The notes beneath the pieces were generated by a model that saw nothing but the letters and a program-made list of their open reading frames with translations, was not told the origin of the DNA and ran no database searches. Shown piece after piece: positions 57,068 through 64,000 of a stretch of 64,000 nt of DNA (position 1 is the first letter of the stretch; each line of letters opens with the position of its first letter). The stretch comes from a virus. The position numbers were made by a program, and so were the translations under genes. Location of the stretch: IMG/VR virus record IMGVR_UViG_3300031963_000066, positions 20,668 through 84,667 of that record; one strand, given 5' to 3'.

Positions 57068-57727
57068 TTAACTCATCAAGTCTTGAAATTCTTTTTCTAA
57101 TTGGTCAACATATTTTGAATTCAATATGTTAATGTTTCTCTTAGATTCATTTAAATCGAGTTCATAATCATAATTAGTCACTGCTGTTGGTTGTATGGTG
57201 ATATCCAGATAACTCATTGAATTGGCTGTTGACGAAGCACCATTTGCATATAAGTCGGAAGGAAGCTTAAATGTTCTAAGTTCGTCAATGCCAAAGGGGT
57301 GTGAGTATAGTAAACTCACATATTCGTCAGGAGAAATGATGAATTTTTCTATTACTGTTTGGTCATCATCTGTACCACGGGTGGTTTTTGTGATAACTTT
57401 TTCGTAATGATGTAAATCAGTCAAAGTATTACCATATTTTTCATTCACATACTCATTGAATTGTAATGAAGAAAGTGGCCAATCCCATTGTGGATCCAAC
57501 ATTTTGTTTGCAAACAATACTATCCAATAACGATATGGATCATCATAGTACTTGTGTGCAACAATTTCTGGTGTATCACCTTCTTGTACATCATATTTGT
57601 AGTATACCATTGGATTCTTCAAAACTTCTGGCATAATACTAACTCTAGCCATAAGATTTGTCATAATGGTAGAAACACCATTATTATTTGTGTGAATTAT
57701 TTTTGGAAGTGTATCAAAATATTGCAT
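57068..57727 (-). CDS. gp53: Baseplate wedge subunit (LysM-like)
   Basis: MQYF start (ATG at 57727, just after the gp48 stop); GDTPEIVAHKYY..YWIVL, DWPL and NESKRNI motifs. Confidence 0.9.
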   Translation of the reverse strand: MQYFDTLPKIIHTNNNGVSTIMTNLMARVSIMPEVLKNPMVYYKYDVQEGDTPEIVAHKYYDDPYRYWIVLFANKMLDPQWDWPLSSLQFNEYVNEKYGNTLTDLHHYEKVITKTTRGTDDDQTVIEKFIISPDEYVSLLYSHPFGIDELRTFKLPSDLYANGASSTANSMSYLDITIQPTAVTNYDYELDLNESKRNINILNSKYVDQLEKEFQDLMS

Positions 57728-57728
57728 T

Positions 57729-58727
57729 TCAATAACCATCCTTTTCTATTTTTTCTCTGTCTATCAATTCTATTTCCTTGAAACTAATCGACATTGTAGT
57801 CTGAACAGGTGAACCATCTGTGTGTGAAGACCATCCGTTTGGTGCATAGTTCACATCAATATTTTCGATGACACATTCGGCAACTTTACCAATGTTTTTA
57901 TTTTCTTCACCATTAAAGAAAAATTCCAAATTAAATGTTGATGGTGGTATAAAAAACATACCAGCAGCACCAGTAACAATCCTTGGTGCAGCATGTGTTT
58001 TAAACATCTTTACAATATTTTTTACTGTAGTTGCCTCATCTTTTGAGAATGGTGTAAAAGTAAAAGACATTTGAAATGTTCTAAAATCTATACCATCAAA
58101 CAATAATTGTTGTTGTGGATTGAGTGCAAGCCCTTGTGTAGCTAAACCTAATTTTGCAGCATTTGTTTGTGCTTTTGCTATAGCGCCTGCAGCCACGCCT
58201 GCGGCAAAATTAATTGGTCTAAAACCTTTTGCTTCTTTACTGTGTAATGATTCCAATACACTTGATGCAACCTCAAGTAAACTTGTTTGGTTGTATGAAG
58301 CGGCATTGGTAAATTCTAATGTATCTGGCATATACAAATTTATTCCGGCTATAAGCCTTGTTTTTCTTTGCGTAAATGCTATTTTTGTTTGTTCTGAAAC
58401 AGCTCCAACGGCACTAATTGATTTTTCGACAAAATCATTACCTTTAAATCCTTCTATTGCTGCATTTCCAATATCTGTTGCGCTATTTGCCACACCCTTA
58501 AAAATTTCAGAAAAACCATATGATTGTCCTTTTTCATATCCAACAGGTTGAACTTCATTGATTCGGAATTGAACCACATGATTTCTTGTTGCAGATTGTA
58601 AATCTCTTGGATAAGATAAAATCTCTACATTGTTTTTATTACCAAACAATTTACCCAAAGGACCTTTAAGTGCAGCTCCAGGAATTGATACGCCACCGAT
58701 TGATGTTGGGATTGAAATTATTGCCAT
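57729..58727 (-). CDS. gp48: Baseplate tail-tube cap
   Basis: LYMP, NP..LLF.GIDFRTF.MSF.FTP, and VNYAPNG...PV...F.EIE motifs. Confidence 0.88.
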   Translation of the reverse strand: MAIISIPTSIGGVSIPGAALKGPLGKLFGNKNNVEILSYPRDLQSATRNHVVQFRINEVQPVGYEKGQSYGFSEIFKGVANSATDIGNAAIEGFKGNDFVEKSISAVGAVSEQTKIAFTQRKTRLIAGINLYMPDTLEFTNAASYNQTSLLEVASSVLESLHSKEAKGFRPINFAAGVAAGAIAKAQTNAAKLGLATQGLALNPQQQLLFDGIDFRTFQMSFTFTPFSKDEATTVKNIVKMFKTHAAPRIVTGAAGMFFIPPSTFNLEFFFNGEENKNIGKVAECVIENIDVNYAPNGWSSHTDGSPVQTTMSISFKEIELIDREKIEKDGY

Positions 58728-58755
58728 GGTCTTTTCTAAAAAGATTGATATATGT

Positions 58756-58763
58756 TATTTATG
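58756..58763 (-). promoter_or_regulatory. Late promoter (CATAAATA) for the leftward operon starting at gp48
   Basis: 7/8 match to consensus in the strand-switch intergenic region. Confidence 0.65.
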
Positions 58764-58812
58764 TTGAATACGGAAACTTAGATGCAATGTTATTCATTAA
58801 ATTTGGTTCCTT

Positions 58813-58820
58813 TATAAATA
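58813..58820 (+). promoter_or_regulatory. Late promoter TATAAATA for the rightward operon
   Basis: Exact consensus, followed by AAGGAG and the ATG at 58843. Confidence 0.8.
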
Positions 58821-58842
58821 AAATATAAAGGAGTATAAATTT

Positions 58843-59484
58843 ATGATTTGTAAAATTTGTCACAAAAAAAACGATAACATTAGAAAATTGTCGAAACATA
58901 TACGAGATTATCATAAAGATATTACTATAAAAGAATATTATGATGTTTATATAAAGACAAAAACTGAAGGACAGTGTGTTATTTGTGCAAATGCAACAAA
59001 ATATTCAAATTTAGGCTCAGGTTACAGTAAAACTTGTTCAACATCTTGTAGTGCTAAATTATTTCGATTCAATTTAAAATCAAATGAAGAAAGGTATGAC
59101 AAATTTAAACAAAAAATAAGTGATAATATGATAAAAGAATGGAAAAAAAGAGAAAAAACCGGTAAAAAAGATGAAATAATAGAAAAGGCCAAAAAAACTA
59201 AAAAAGAAACAATAGAAAATATGTCTTATGAAGAAAAAATACAAAAATTTGGTTGGATTAATAAATTGAGTGAATCCGAAAAACAAAAATTCATTCAAAA
59301 AAATTATTGGGAAACTTTATATAAGTATTGGCAAGAAATTACTGATGAACAATTTATGAAAATAACAAAAAAAAGATTAAATACAATGTCTGAAAGACAA
59401 AAATCTGATTATGTTTATTTGATTACCGAAAAAGATAAAGAAATTATTGACAATAAATTAAAAGAACTACTTAACATAAAATGA
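58843..59484 (+). CDS. Lys-rich zinc-finger protein, homing-endonuclease-like DNA-binding region without an obvious nuclease domain
   Basis: CKIC...HIRDYH (C2H2) and CVIC...CSTSC; very A-rich; ATGA overlap with gp4. Confidence 0.65.
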   Translation: MICKICHKKNDNIRKLSKHIRDYHKDITIKEYYDVYIKTKTEGQCVICANATKYSNLGSGYSKTCSTSCSAKLFRFNLKSNEERYDKFKQKISDNMIKEWKKREKTGKKDEIIEKAKKTKKETIENMSYEEKIQKFGWINKLSESEKQKFIQKNYWETLYKYWQEITDEQFMKITKKRLNTMSERQKSDYVYLITEKDKEIIDNKLKELLNIK

Positions 59485-59918
59485 AATATTTGCAAGGAAA
59501 ATATATAGTTCGTCATCCAGAAAAATATTTAGGTGACCATTCTAATGTAATTTATAGGTCTTCCTGGGAATTAAAATTCTTATCTTGGTGTGATAACAAT
59601 GAAAATGTGGTTGGATTTGCTTCCGAAGAAATAATAATACCCTACAAATCACCAGTTGATGGTAAATATCATAGATATTTTGTAGATTGTCTTGTAAAAG
59701 TCAAAGATAAAAATGGTGTGATAAAGACACACCTAATAGAAATAAAACCCAAGAAACAAACCATGGAACCAGACAAAAAGAAAAGAGTCACAAAACAGTA
59801 CATACAAGAAGTCGTAACATGGGGTGTCAATCAGGCCAAATGGAAGGCTGCAACAGAATATTGCTTGGATCGTGGTTGGGAATTCAAACTTATAACGGAA
59901 GACCATCTCGGACTATAA
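59481..59918 (+). CDS. gp4: Head completion protein (TnsA-like nuclease fold)
   Basis: KYLGD...YRSSWE, SEEIIIPY, HRYFVD, IEIKP and NQAKW.AA motifs. Confidence 0.92.
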   Translation: MKYLQGKYIVRHPEKYLGDHSNVIYRSSWELKFLSWCDNNENVVGFASEEIIIPYKSPVDGKYHRYFVDCLVKVKDKNGVIKTHLIEIKPKKQTMEPDKKKRVTKQYIQEVVTWGVNQAKWKAATEYCLDRGWEFKLITEDHLGL

Positions 59919-59929
59919 CTAAATATCCG

Positions 59930-60544
59930 ATGATAACAAAATCCATACTCACTACACTGACAGAAGAAAAAGTCTCGGCCAACCATCAAACGATGAGCCG
60001 AGAATCTATGACATGGTTATTAAAACGAATTGCAGATTTAAGAAACCCTGGCCGCCTGTCGATTCCTATAACTAAAGAAAAGTCACGATGGACACGTCCA
60101 ACTGATAGACAAAAGTTCTTGATGGGTGGTTTATACTACTTTGTATATGATCCTAAAGGCAAAAATGATTTACCATATTATGATAGGTTTCCACTGGTTT
60201 TGCCTCTAAAACGACAATCCGATGGTTTTATAGGGTTAAACATACACTATTTGCCACTTCGTTATAGATTAGTTTTTATGAAGAAGTTGGAGAATTTTGC
60301 AATTTACAATGATGAGGATGAGATTAAAAGAATTCGTATCACATATCCAATGTTAGATGCATCGTCTAGGTTAAAAGAATTCAAACCATGCATCAAACAT
60401 TATCTGTATAGCCACATTAAATCCAGAATATTGGCTGTTGAACCTAACGAATGGGATGTTGCAATGTACTTGCCTGTACATCAATTCAAGAAGGCACAAC
60501 CAAAAGAAGTCTGGAAAGACTCATTAGAAGAAATAAGGAACTAA
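59930..60544 (+). CDS. gp2: DNA end protector protein
   Basis: YDPK.K..LPYYDRFPL and GLNIHYLP motifs. Probable start is the ATG at 59930, after the gp4 stop and a late-promoter-like ACTAAATA at 59918-59925. Confidence 0.9.
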   Translation: MITKSILTTLTEEKVSANHQTMSRESMTWLLKRIADLRNPGRLSIPITKEKSRWTRPTDRQKFLMGGLYYFVYDPKGKNDLPYYDRFPLVLPLKRQSDGFIGLNIHYLPLRYRLVFMKKLENFAIYNDEDEIKRIRITYPMLDASSRLKEFKPCIKHYLYSHIKSRILAVEPNEWDVAMYLPVHQFKKAQPKEVWKDSLEEIRN

Positions 60545-60545
60545 G

Positions 60546-61247
60546 ATGCCAGTTTCAATTAGCGGTTTTAAATCATCTTTCACCGGCGATTTGGCCAGAC
60601 CGAATCGTTTTGAGGTGGATGTTCCTATTCCTGTTACACTATTGGCTTATGTGAAAACCAATAGAAACCTGAAATATAGATGCGAGAACGCAAATCTACC
60701 AGGTAGAACTCTTGCAACAATCGAACAAAAGACCTATGGTCCTGTTGAAAAGTTTCCATATCAAAACACATACAGTGACATTGATTTGACATTTATTGTT
60801 GATGATGATATGTCACAAAAAGTATTCTTCGATGCATGGTTGAACTTTATCAACCCGTTGTACAACAATAATTTCAGATACAAGAGTGATTATTGTAGTG
60901 ATTTGACAATAACACAATATGATGTGACAAACCAACCATCATATTCTTGCAACTTGTATGAGGCATTTCCAATCGCAATAAACCAAATGGACCTAGATTG
61001 GTCTAATGATGGTTACCACAAACTGTCTGTGACATTTGCATATACTTACTGGAAGAACAATTCTCTCCAAGGCCTTGCCATGGAACTGTTGGACTCTCAG
61101 ATTGGAAATCTTACCGACAAATACGGTGGCCTTGGTGGTACTACCAAAGGTGCTGTCGGTGCAATTACTGATAGTGCCATCGGTGCCATCGGTTCGGGAA
61201 TTGATTCGATTGGAAAGAGTGCTGATAATATTAATGGATTTGTATAA
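60546..61247 (+). CDS. Baseplate tail-tube initiator (gp54 / gp19 paralogue)
   Basis: LARPNRFEV, CENANLPGR, EAFPI..DLDW and VTFAYTYW: tube-protein fold. Confidence 0.8.
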   Translation: MPVSISGFKSSFTGDLARPNRFEVDVPIPVTLLAYVKTNRNLKYRCENANLPGRTLATIEQKTYGPVEKFPYQNTYSDIDLTFIVDDDMSQKVFFDAWLNFINPLYNNNFRYKSDYCSDLTITQYDVTNQPSYSCNLYEAFPIAINQMDLDWSNDGYHKLSVTFAYTYWKNNSLQGLAMELLDSQIGNLTDKYGGLGGTTKGAVGAITDSAIGAIGSGIDSIGKSADNINGFV

Positions 61248-61263
61248 TTAAATTGGAGAAATT

Positions 61264-61989
61264 ATGGCTTTACCTAAACTTGATGTGCCAACATACGAAA
61301 TTGAATTACCAATTTCAAAGAAGAAAATTAAATATAGACCTTTTCTAGTTAAAGAACAAAAGAACTTGTTGATGGCTCTGGAATCAAATGAGTCCTCAAC
61401 GATTCAACAGAATGTCCGTGACATACTAAACAATTGTACCTTGACTGAAGGTATCAATATCGACAAATTGCCGATCATTGATGTTGAATATTACTTCATC
61501 AATCTAAGAAGTAAATCTGTTGGTGAAATTGTGGAGACCAGATACCGTTGTAATAATGAGGTTGAAGAAAAGGTTTGTGGTAACATTATGGAAGCAAGTG
61601 TTAACCTACAGAACATTCAACCATACCGTGAAGAAGAAGTTAGTCCAGAAATTCAATTGACTGACAAGGTTATGATTAAGATGAAGTATCCAGAATTTGG
61701 TATCATCAAAGATTCTATTAACATGGATGATATTACTGAGGTGACTTTCAACTTGATTTCAGAAAGCATTGAACACATTTATGATGGTGACCAATTCTAT
61801 TATGCACATGAGGCCGAACCAGGTGAAATGTTGGAGTTTGTTGAAGGTCTGAATCAGGCCCAATTTGAAAAGGTTGAACACTTCTTTAATAACTTACCAA
61901 AGTTAAAAGAAACTGTTGAGATGACTTGTAGTAAATGTGGTTTTCATCACACGATTGATGTAGAAGGTCTCGAAAATTTTTTCGGTTGA
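61264..61989 (+). CDS. gp26: Baseplate hub assembly protein
   Basis: MALPKL..PTYE, YRPFLVKEQK.LL, LRSKSVGE and CxxC...EGLENFF motifs. Confidence 0.9.
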   Translation: MALPKLDVPTYEIELPISKKKIKYRPFLVKEQKNLLMALESNESSTIQQNVRDILNNCTLTEGINIDKLPIIDVEYYFINLRSKSVGEIVETRYRCNNEVEEKVCGNIMEASVNLQNIQPYREEEVSPEIQLTDKVMIKMKYPEFGIIKDSINMDDITEVTFNLISESIEHIYDGDQFYYAHEAEPGEMLEFVEGLNQAQFEKVEHFFNNLPKLKETVEMTCSKCGFHHTIDVEGLENFFG

Positions 61990-62171
61990 CGCTGCGTCAC
62001 GATAACTTGAGGAATTATTACAAAACTAATTTCTCTTTGATGCAGCATCACAAATACAGTTTGACAGAATTAGAAGCTATGTTGCCATGGGAAAGAGATA
62101 TCTATGTCTCTATGTTGATTCAGTATATTGAGGAAGAAAATCAAAAAATAAGAGAACGACAAAAGAGATAA
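61986..62171 (+). CDS. gp51: Baseplate hub assembly protein, short ORF in the -1 frame (probably expressed as a frameshift extension of gp26)
   Basis: YYKTNFSLMQHHKYSLTELEAMLPWERDIYV; TTG start with no properly spaced RBS; slippery site at 61977-61983. Confidence 0.85.
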   Translation: MTLRHDNLRNYYKTNFSLMQHHKYSLTELEAMLPWERDIYVSMLIQYIEEENQKIRERQKR

Positions 62172-63923
62172 ATGGCAAGAGACAACAGTAAGGATGTTAC
62201 TCATCAACAAACGATGAGTAAATTGTCCGAAAAATCAAAACAAACTTCAGCTTCATTGCTGAATTCCACCAAGGCCACACCTAAGGCTCTTGCGGATAGT
62301 GGCGACATGGATGGTGTTCTCGGTCAAATTTATCAGTTAATGGTTGATAATCGCAAAGATGAATTAGAACAAAGACAAATAGACGAAAAGAATAGTAAAA
62401 CCGATACCAGAAAAGAAGAAAGTCGCCATCAAGAATTGTTGAAGGCGTTAACGGTTCGTAGAAGACCAAAGCCTAAGAGGGTCATTCGCCGTGAGAAAAA
62501 GGCGGAAGAAAAAGAAGCAGCTAAACCAACTACACCGGCCAAAAAGCCAGCAGAAGCGGCCAAAAAGCCAGCTGAAGCGGCTAAGAAACCACCTGAGCCG
62601 GCTAAAAAGCCACCAGAACCAGCTAAGAAACCAGCAGAAGATACTGCTAAAAAGGCTGCCGAAGATAAAGCCAAGAAGGCTGCTGAAGATAAGGCTAAAA
62701 AAGAAGCTGAAGATAGAGCTAAAAAGGCTGCCGAAGATAAAGCCAAGAAGGCTGCTGAGGATAGAGCTAAAAAAGAAGCTGAAGATAAAGCCAAGAAGGC
62801 TGCTGAGGATAAGGCTAAACGAGAAGCTGAGGATAAGGCTAAAAAAGAAGCTGAGGATAGAGCCAAGAAGGCTGCTGAGGATAAGGCTAAAAAGTCTGCT
62901 GAACAGGTTAAACCACCTGAAGTTAAACCGCCACCAAAAGCTGAACAGGTTAAACCACCTGAAGTTAAACCGCCACCAAAAGCAGAAGCTGCACCTGCGG
63001 CACCAAAGCCAGCTCAAGTGAAGCCGCCGCCAAAAGCTGAACAAGTAAAACCTCCACCAAAAGCACCAACTACTAAAATTCCTCCAATTTCAGGTGGAAA
63101 AGGTGTAGTTATTGCTGCATTATTGGCTGCTGGGTTATCAGCAAAAGCTCAAGCAAATGTATTAGCACAAGTCGAAGCAGAATCAAATTTTGTTCCGAAA
63201 AGTGAAGATTTATACTATTCAGCCGATGGCTTGGCGAATACATGGCCAAATAGATTTGGCCAAAAAGGACCTGACGGTAAACTTTTAAAGGATAAAAATA
63301 ACAGAGTTTTACCAAATCAAATAGCGACAGATATAGCAAAAAATCCAGAAAAAATTGCTGAAGCTGTTTATGGAAAAAGAAAAGATTTGGGTAACACTGC
63401 TGACGGCGATGGTTTTAAGTATAGAGGACGAGGTTTTTTACAAATTACAGGAAAAGATGCATACAAATCTTTAGGTGATTATATTGGTGTAGATTTAGTA
63501 GGTGATCCAGATAAATTAAATGAAATTTCTGTTGCCGCAAAATCTATTCCTTGGTTCTTTTTAAAATATAAAGGATATCTGATTAAAAAACCACAAGATT
63601 TGGAAAATATAGGAACAGTTAGTAAAGCGGTTGGATTTCAAGATAAAAAATTAAAATCGGGTGAAATGGAATCAGAACATCGAGCAAAATTAGCTGAGAA
63701 ATATCAAGCTGAAGTTTCATCTACACCCGTGCCAAGTTCTGATACTGGTACCAAAGTTGACCAATCATCTAAAGAAAATGCAGACCTGAAAGAAAAGTTA
63801 AATAAAGATAAGTCGGCTCAAACAACGAACAATACCACTACGACAAACAACCAGACAAACAATGTTAAACCTGAACAAAAGGTTGACGATAGACCACCTT
63901 ATGCAAGAAAGCAACAACAATAA
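62172..63923 (+). CDS. Virion (tape-measure-region) protein with A/K/E- and Pro-rich repeats and a glycoside hydrolase family 19 muramidase domain
   Basis: AQVEAES, LGNTADGDGFKYRGRGFLQITGK and DLVGDPD GH19 motifs; lies directly after gp26/gp51. Confidence 0.8.
   Translation: MARDNSKDVTHQQTMSKLSEKSKQTSASLLNSTKATPKALADSGDMDGVLGQIYQLMVDNRKDELEQRQIDEKNSKTDTRKEESRHQELLKALTVRRRPKPKRVIRREKKAEEKEAAKPTTPAKKPAEAAKKPAEAAKKPPEPAKKPPEPAKKPAEDTAKKAAEDKAKKAAEDKAKKEAEDRAKKAAEDKAKKAAEDRAKKEAEDKAKKAAEDKAKREAEDKAKKEAEDRAKKAAEDKAKKSAEQVKPPEVKPPPKAEQVKPPEVKPPPKAEAAPAAPKPAQVKPPPKAEQVKPPPKAPTTKIPPISGGKGVVIAALLAAGLSAKAQANVLAQVEAESNFVPKSEDLYYSADGLANTWPNRFGQKGPDGKLLKDKNNRVLPNQIATDIAKNPEKIAEAVYGKRKDLGNTADGDGFKYRGRGFLQITGKDAYKSLGDYIGVDLVGDPDKLNEISVAAKSIPWFFLKYKGYLIKKPQDLENIGTVSKAVGFQDKKLKSGEMESEHRAKLAEKYQAEVSSTPVPSSDTGTKVDQSSKENADLKEKLNKDKSAQTTNNTTTTNNQTNNVKPEQKVDDRPPYARKQQQ
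62539..63065 (+). repeat. Coding tandem repeats: 21-bp AKKPxEx, 24-bp AKKAAEDK and Pro-rich VKPPPKAEQ units
   Basis: Ten AKK/R-A/E-AED-K/R octamers follow five AKKP units; then several KPPPKA units. Confidence 0.9.
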
Positions 63924-63924
63924 A

Positions 63925-64000
63925 ATGGCTACAGATAATAAAATGTCATATCAGATGGCTGCGAGGTTGAAAAATCAATCTCTTGGTTCCGTTATTGCTG
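63925..64000 (+). CDS. 5' fragment of the next gene (runs off the window)
   Basis: ATG 1 nt after the previous stop; reads MATDNKMSYQMAARLKNQSLGSVIA, open to the window end. Confidence 0.6.
   Translation, partial: MATDNKMSYQMAARLKNQSLGSVIA

Noticed and set aside
57728-57739. Upstream start of gp53 (MVIE...)
   Set aside because: It overlaps the gp48 end; the MQYF start at 57727 matches the usual gp53 N-terminus.
127-58551. Many plus-strand ORFs antisense to structural genes (e.g. 37956-38609, 47317-47994, 23840-24277)
   Set aside because: They are shadows of biased codon usage and repeats in the real minus-strand genes; they have no RBS or promoter support and no recognisable motifs.
59819-59929. 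N-terminal extension of gp2 given in the ORF track
   Set aside because: It overlaps gp4 by 100 nt; the ATG at 59930, after the gp4 stop and a late-promoter-like motif, is more plausible.
62429-63044. Overlapping repeat ORFs (62429-62866 minus, 62448-63044 minus, 62491-63021 plus), or a captured host tolA
   Set aside because: The alternative frames are open only because the repeat lacks stops; the protein has no TolA membrane anchor or C-terminal domain.

Overview
This window is the virion-morphogenesis region of a large, AT-rich T4-like myophage; the host cannot be determined from this window. The minus strand (58727 down to 1) carries baseplate genes (48, 53, hub, 5, 25, 6, 7, 8 and a 2141-aa baseplate-associated protein). 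These are followed by about 25 kb of fibre/adhesin genes, then neck (13, 14, 15), terminase (16, 17), sheath and tube (18, 19), portal (20), prohead (67-like, 21, 22) and the start of the major capsid gene (23). The plus strand (58843 onward) carries a Zn-finger ORF, genes 4, 2, 54-like, 26 and 51, and a repeat-rich GH19 muramidase protein. T4-type late promoters (NATAAATA) precede many genes, and an HNH homing endonuclease sits between genes 13 and 14. Three observations stand out. (1) A candidate programmed -1 frameshift (T TTT TTC) would fuse gp26 to gp51, like lambda G/GT tail chaperones. (2) A 76-bp non-coding element occurs twice in direct orientation, bracketing the 22-kb baseplate-wedge/fibre block. 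(3) Recurring C-terminal peptide / N-terminal domain pairs in adjacent fibre genes suggest a daisy-chained, branched receptor-binding apparatus built from shared ANxAF coiled-coil stalks. All product calls come from motif recognition and synteny; no database searches were run.
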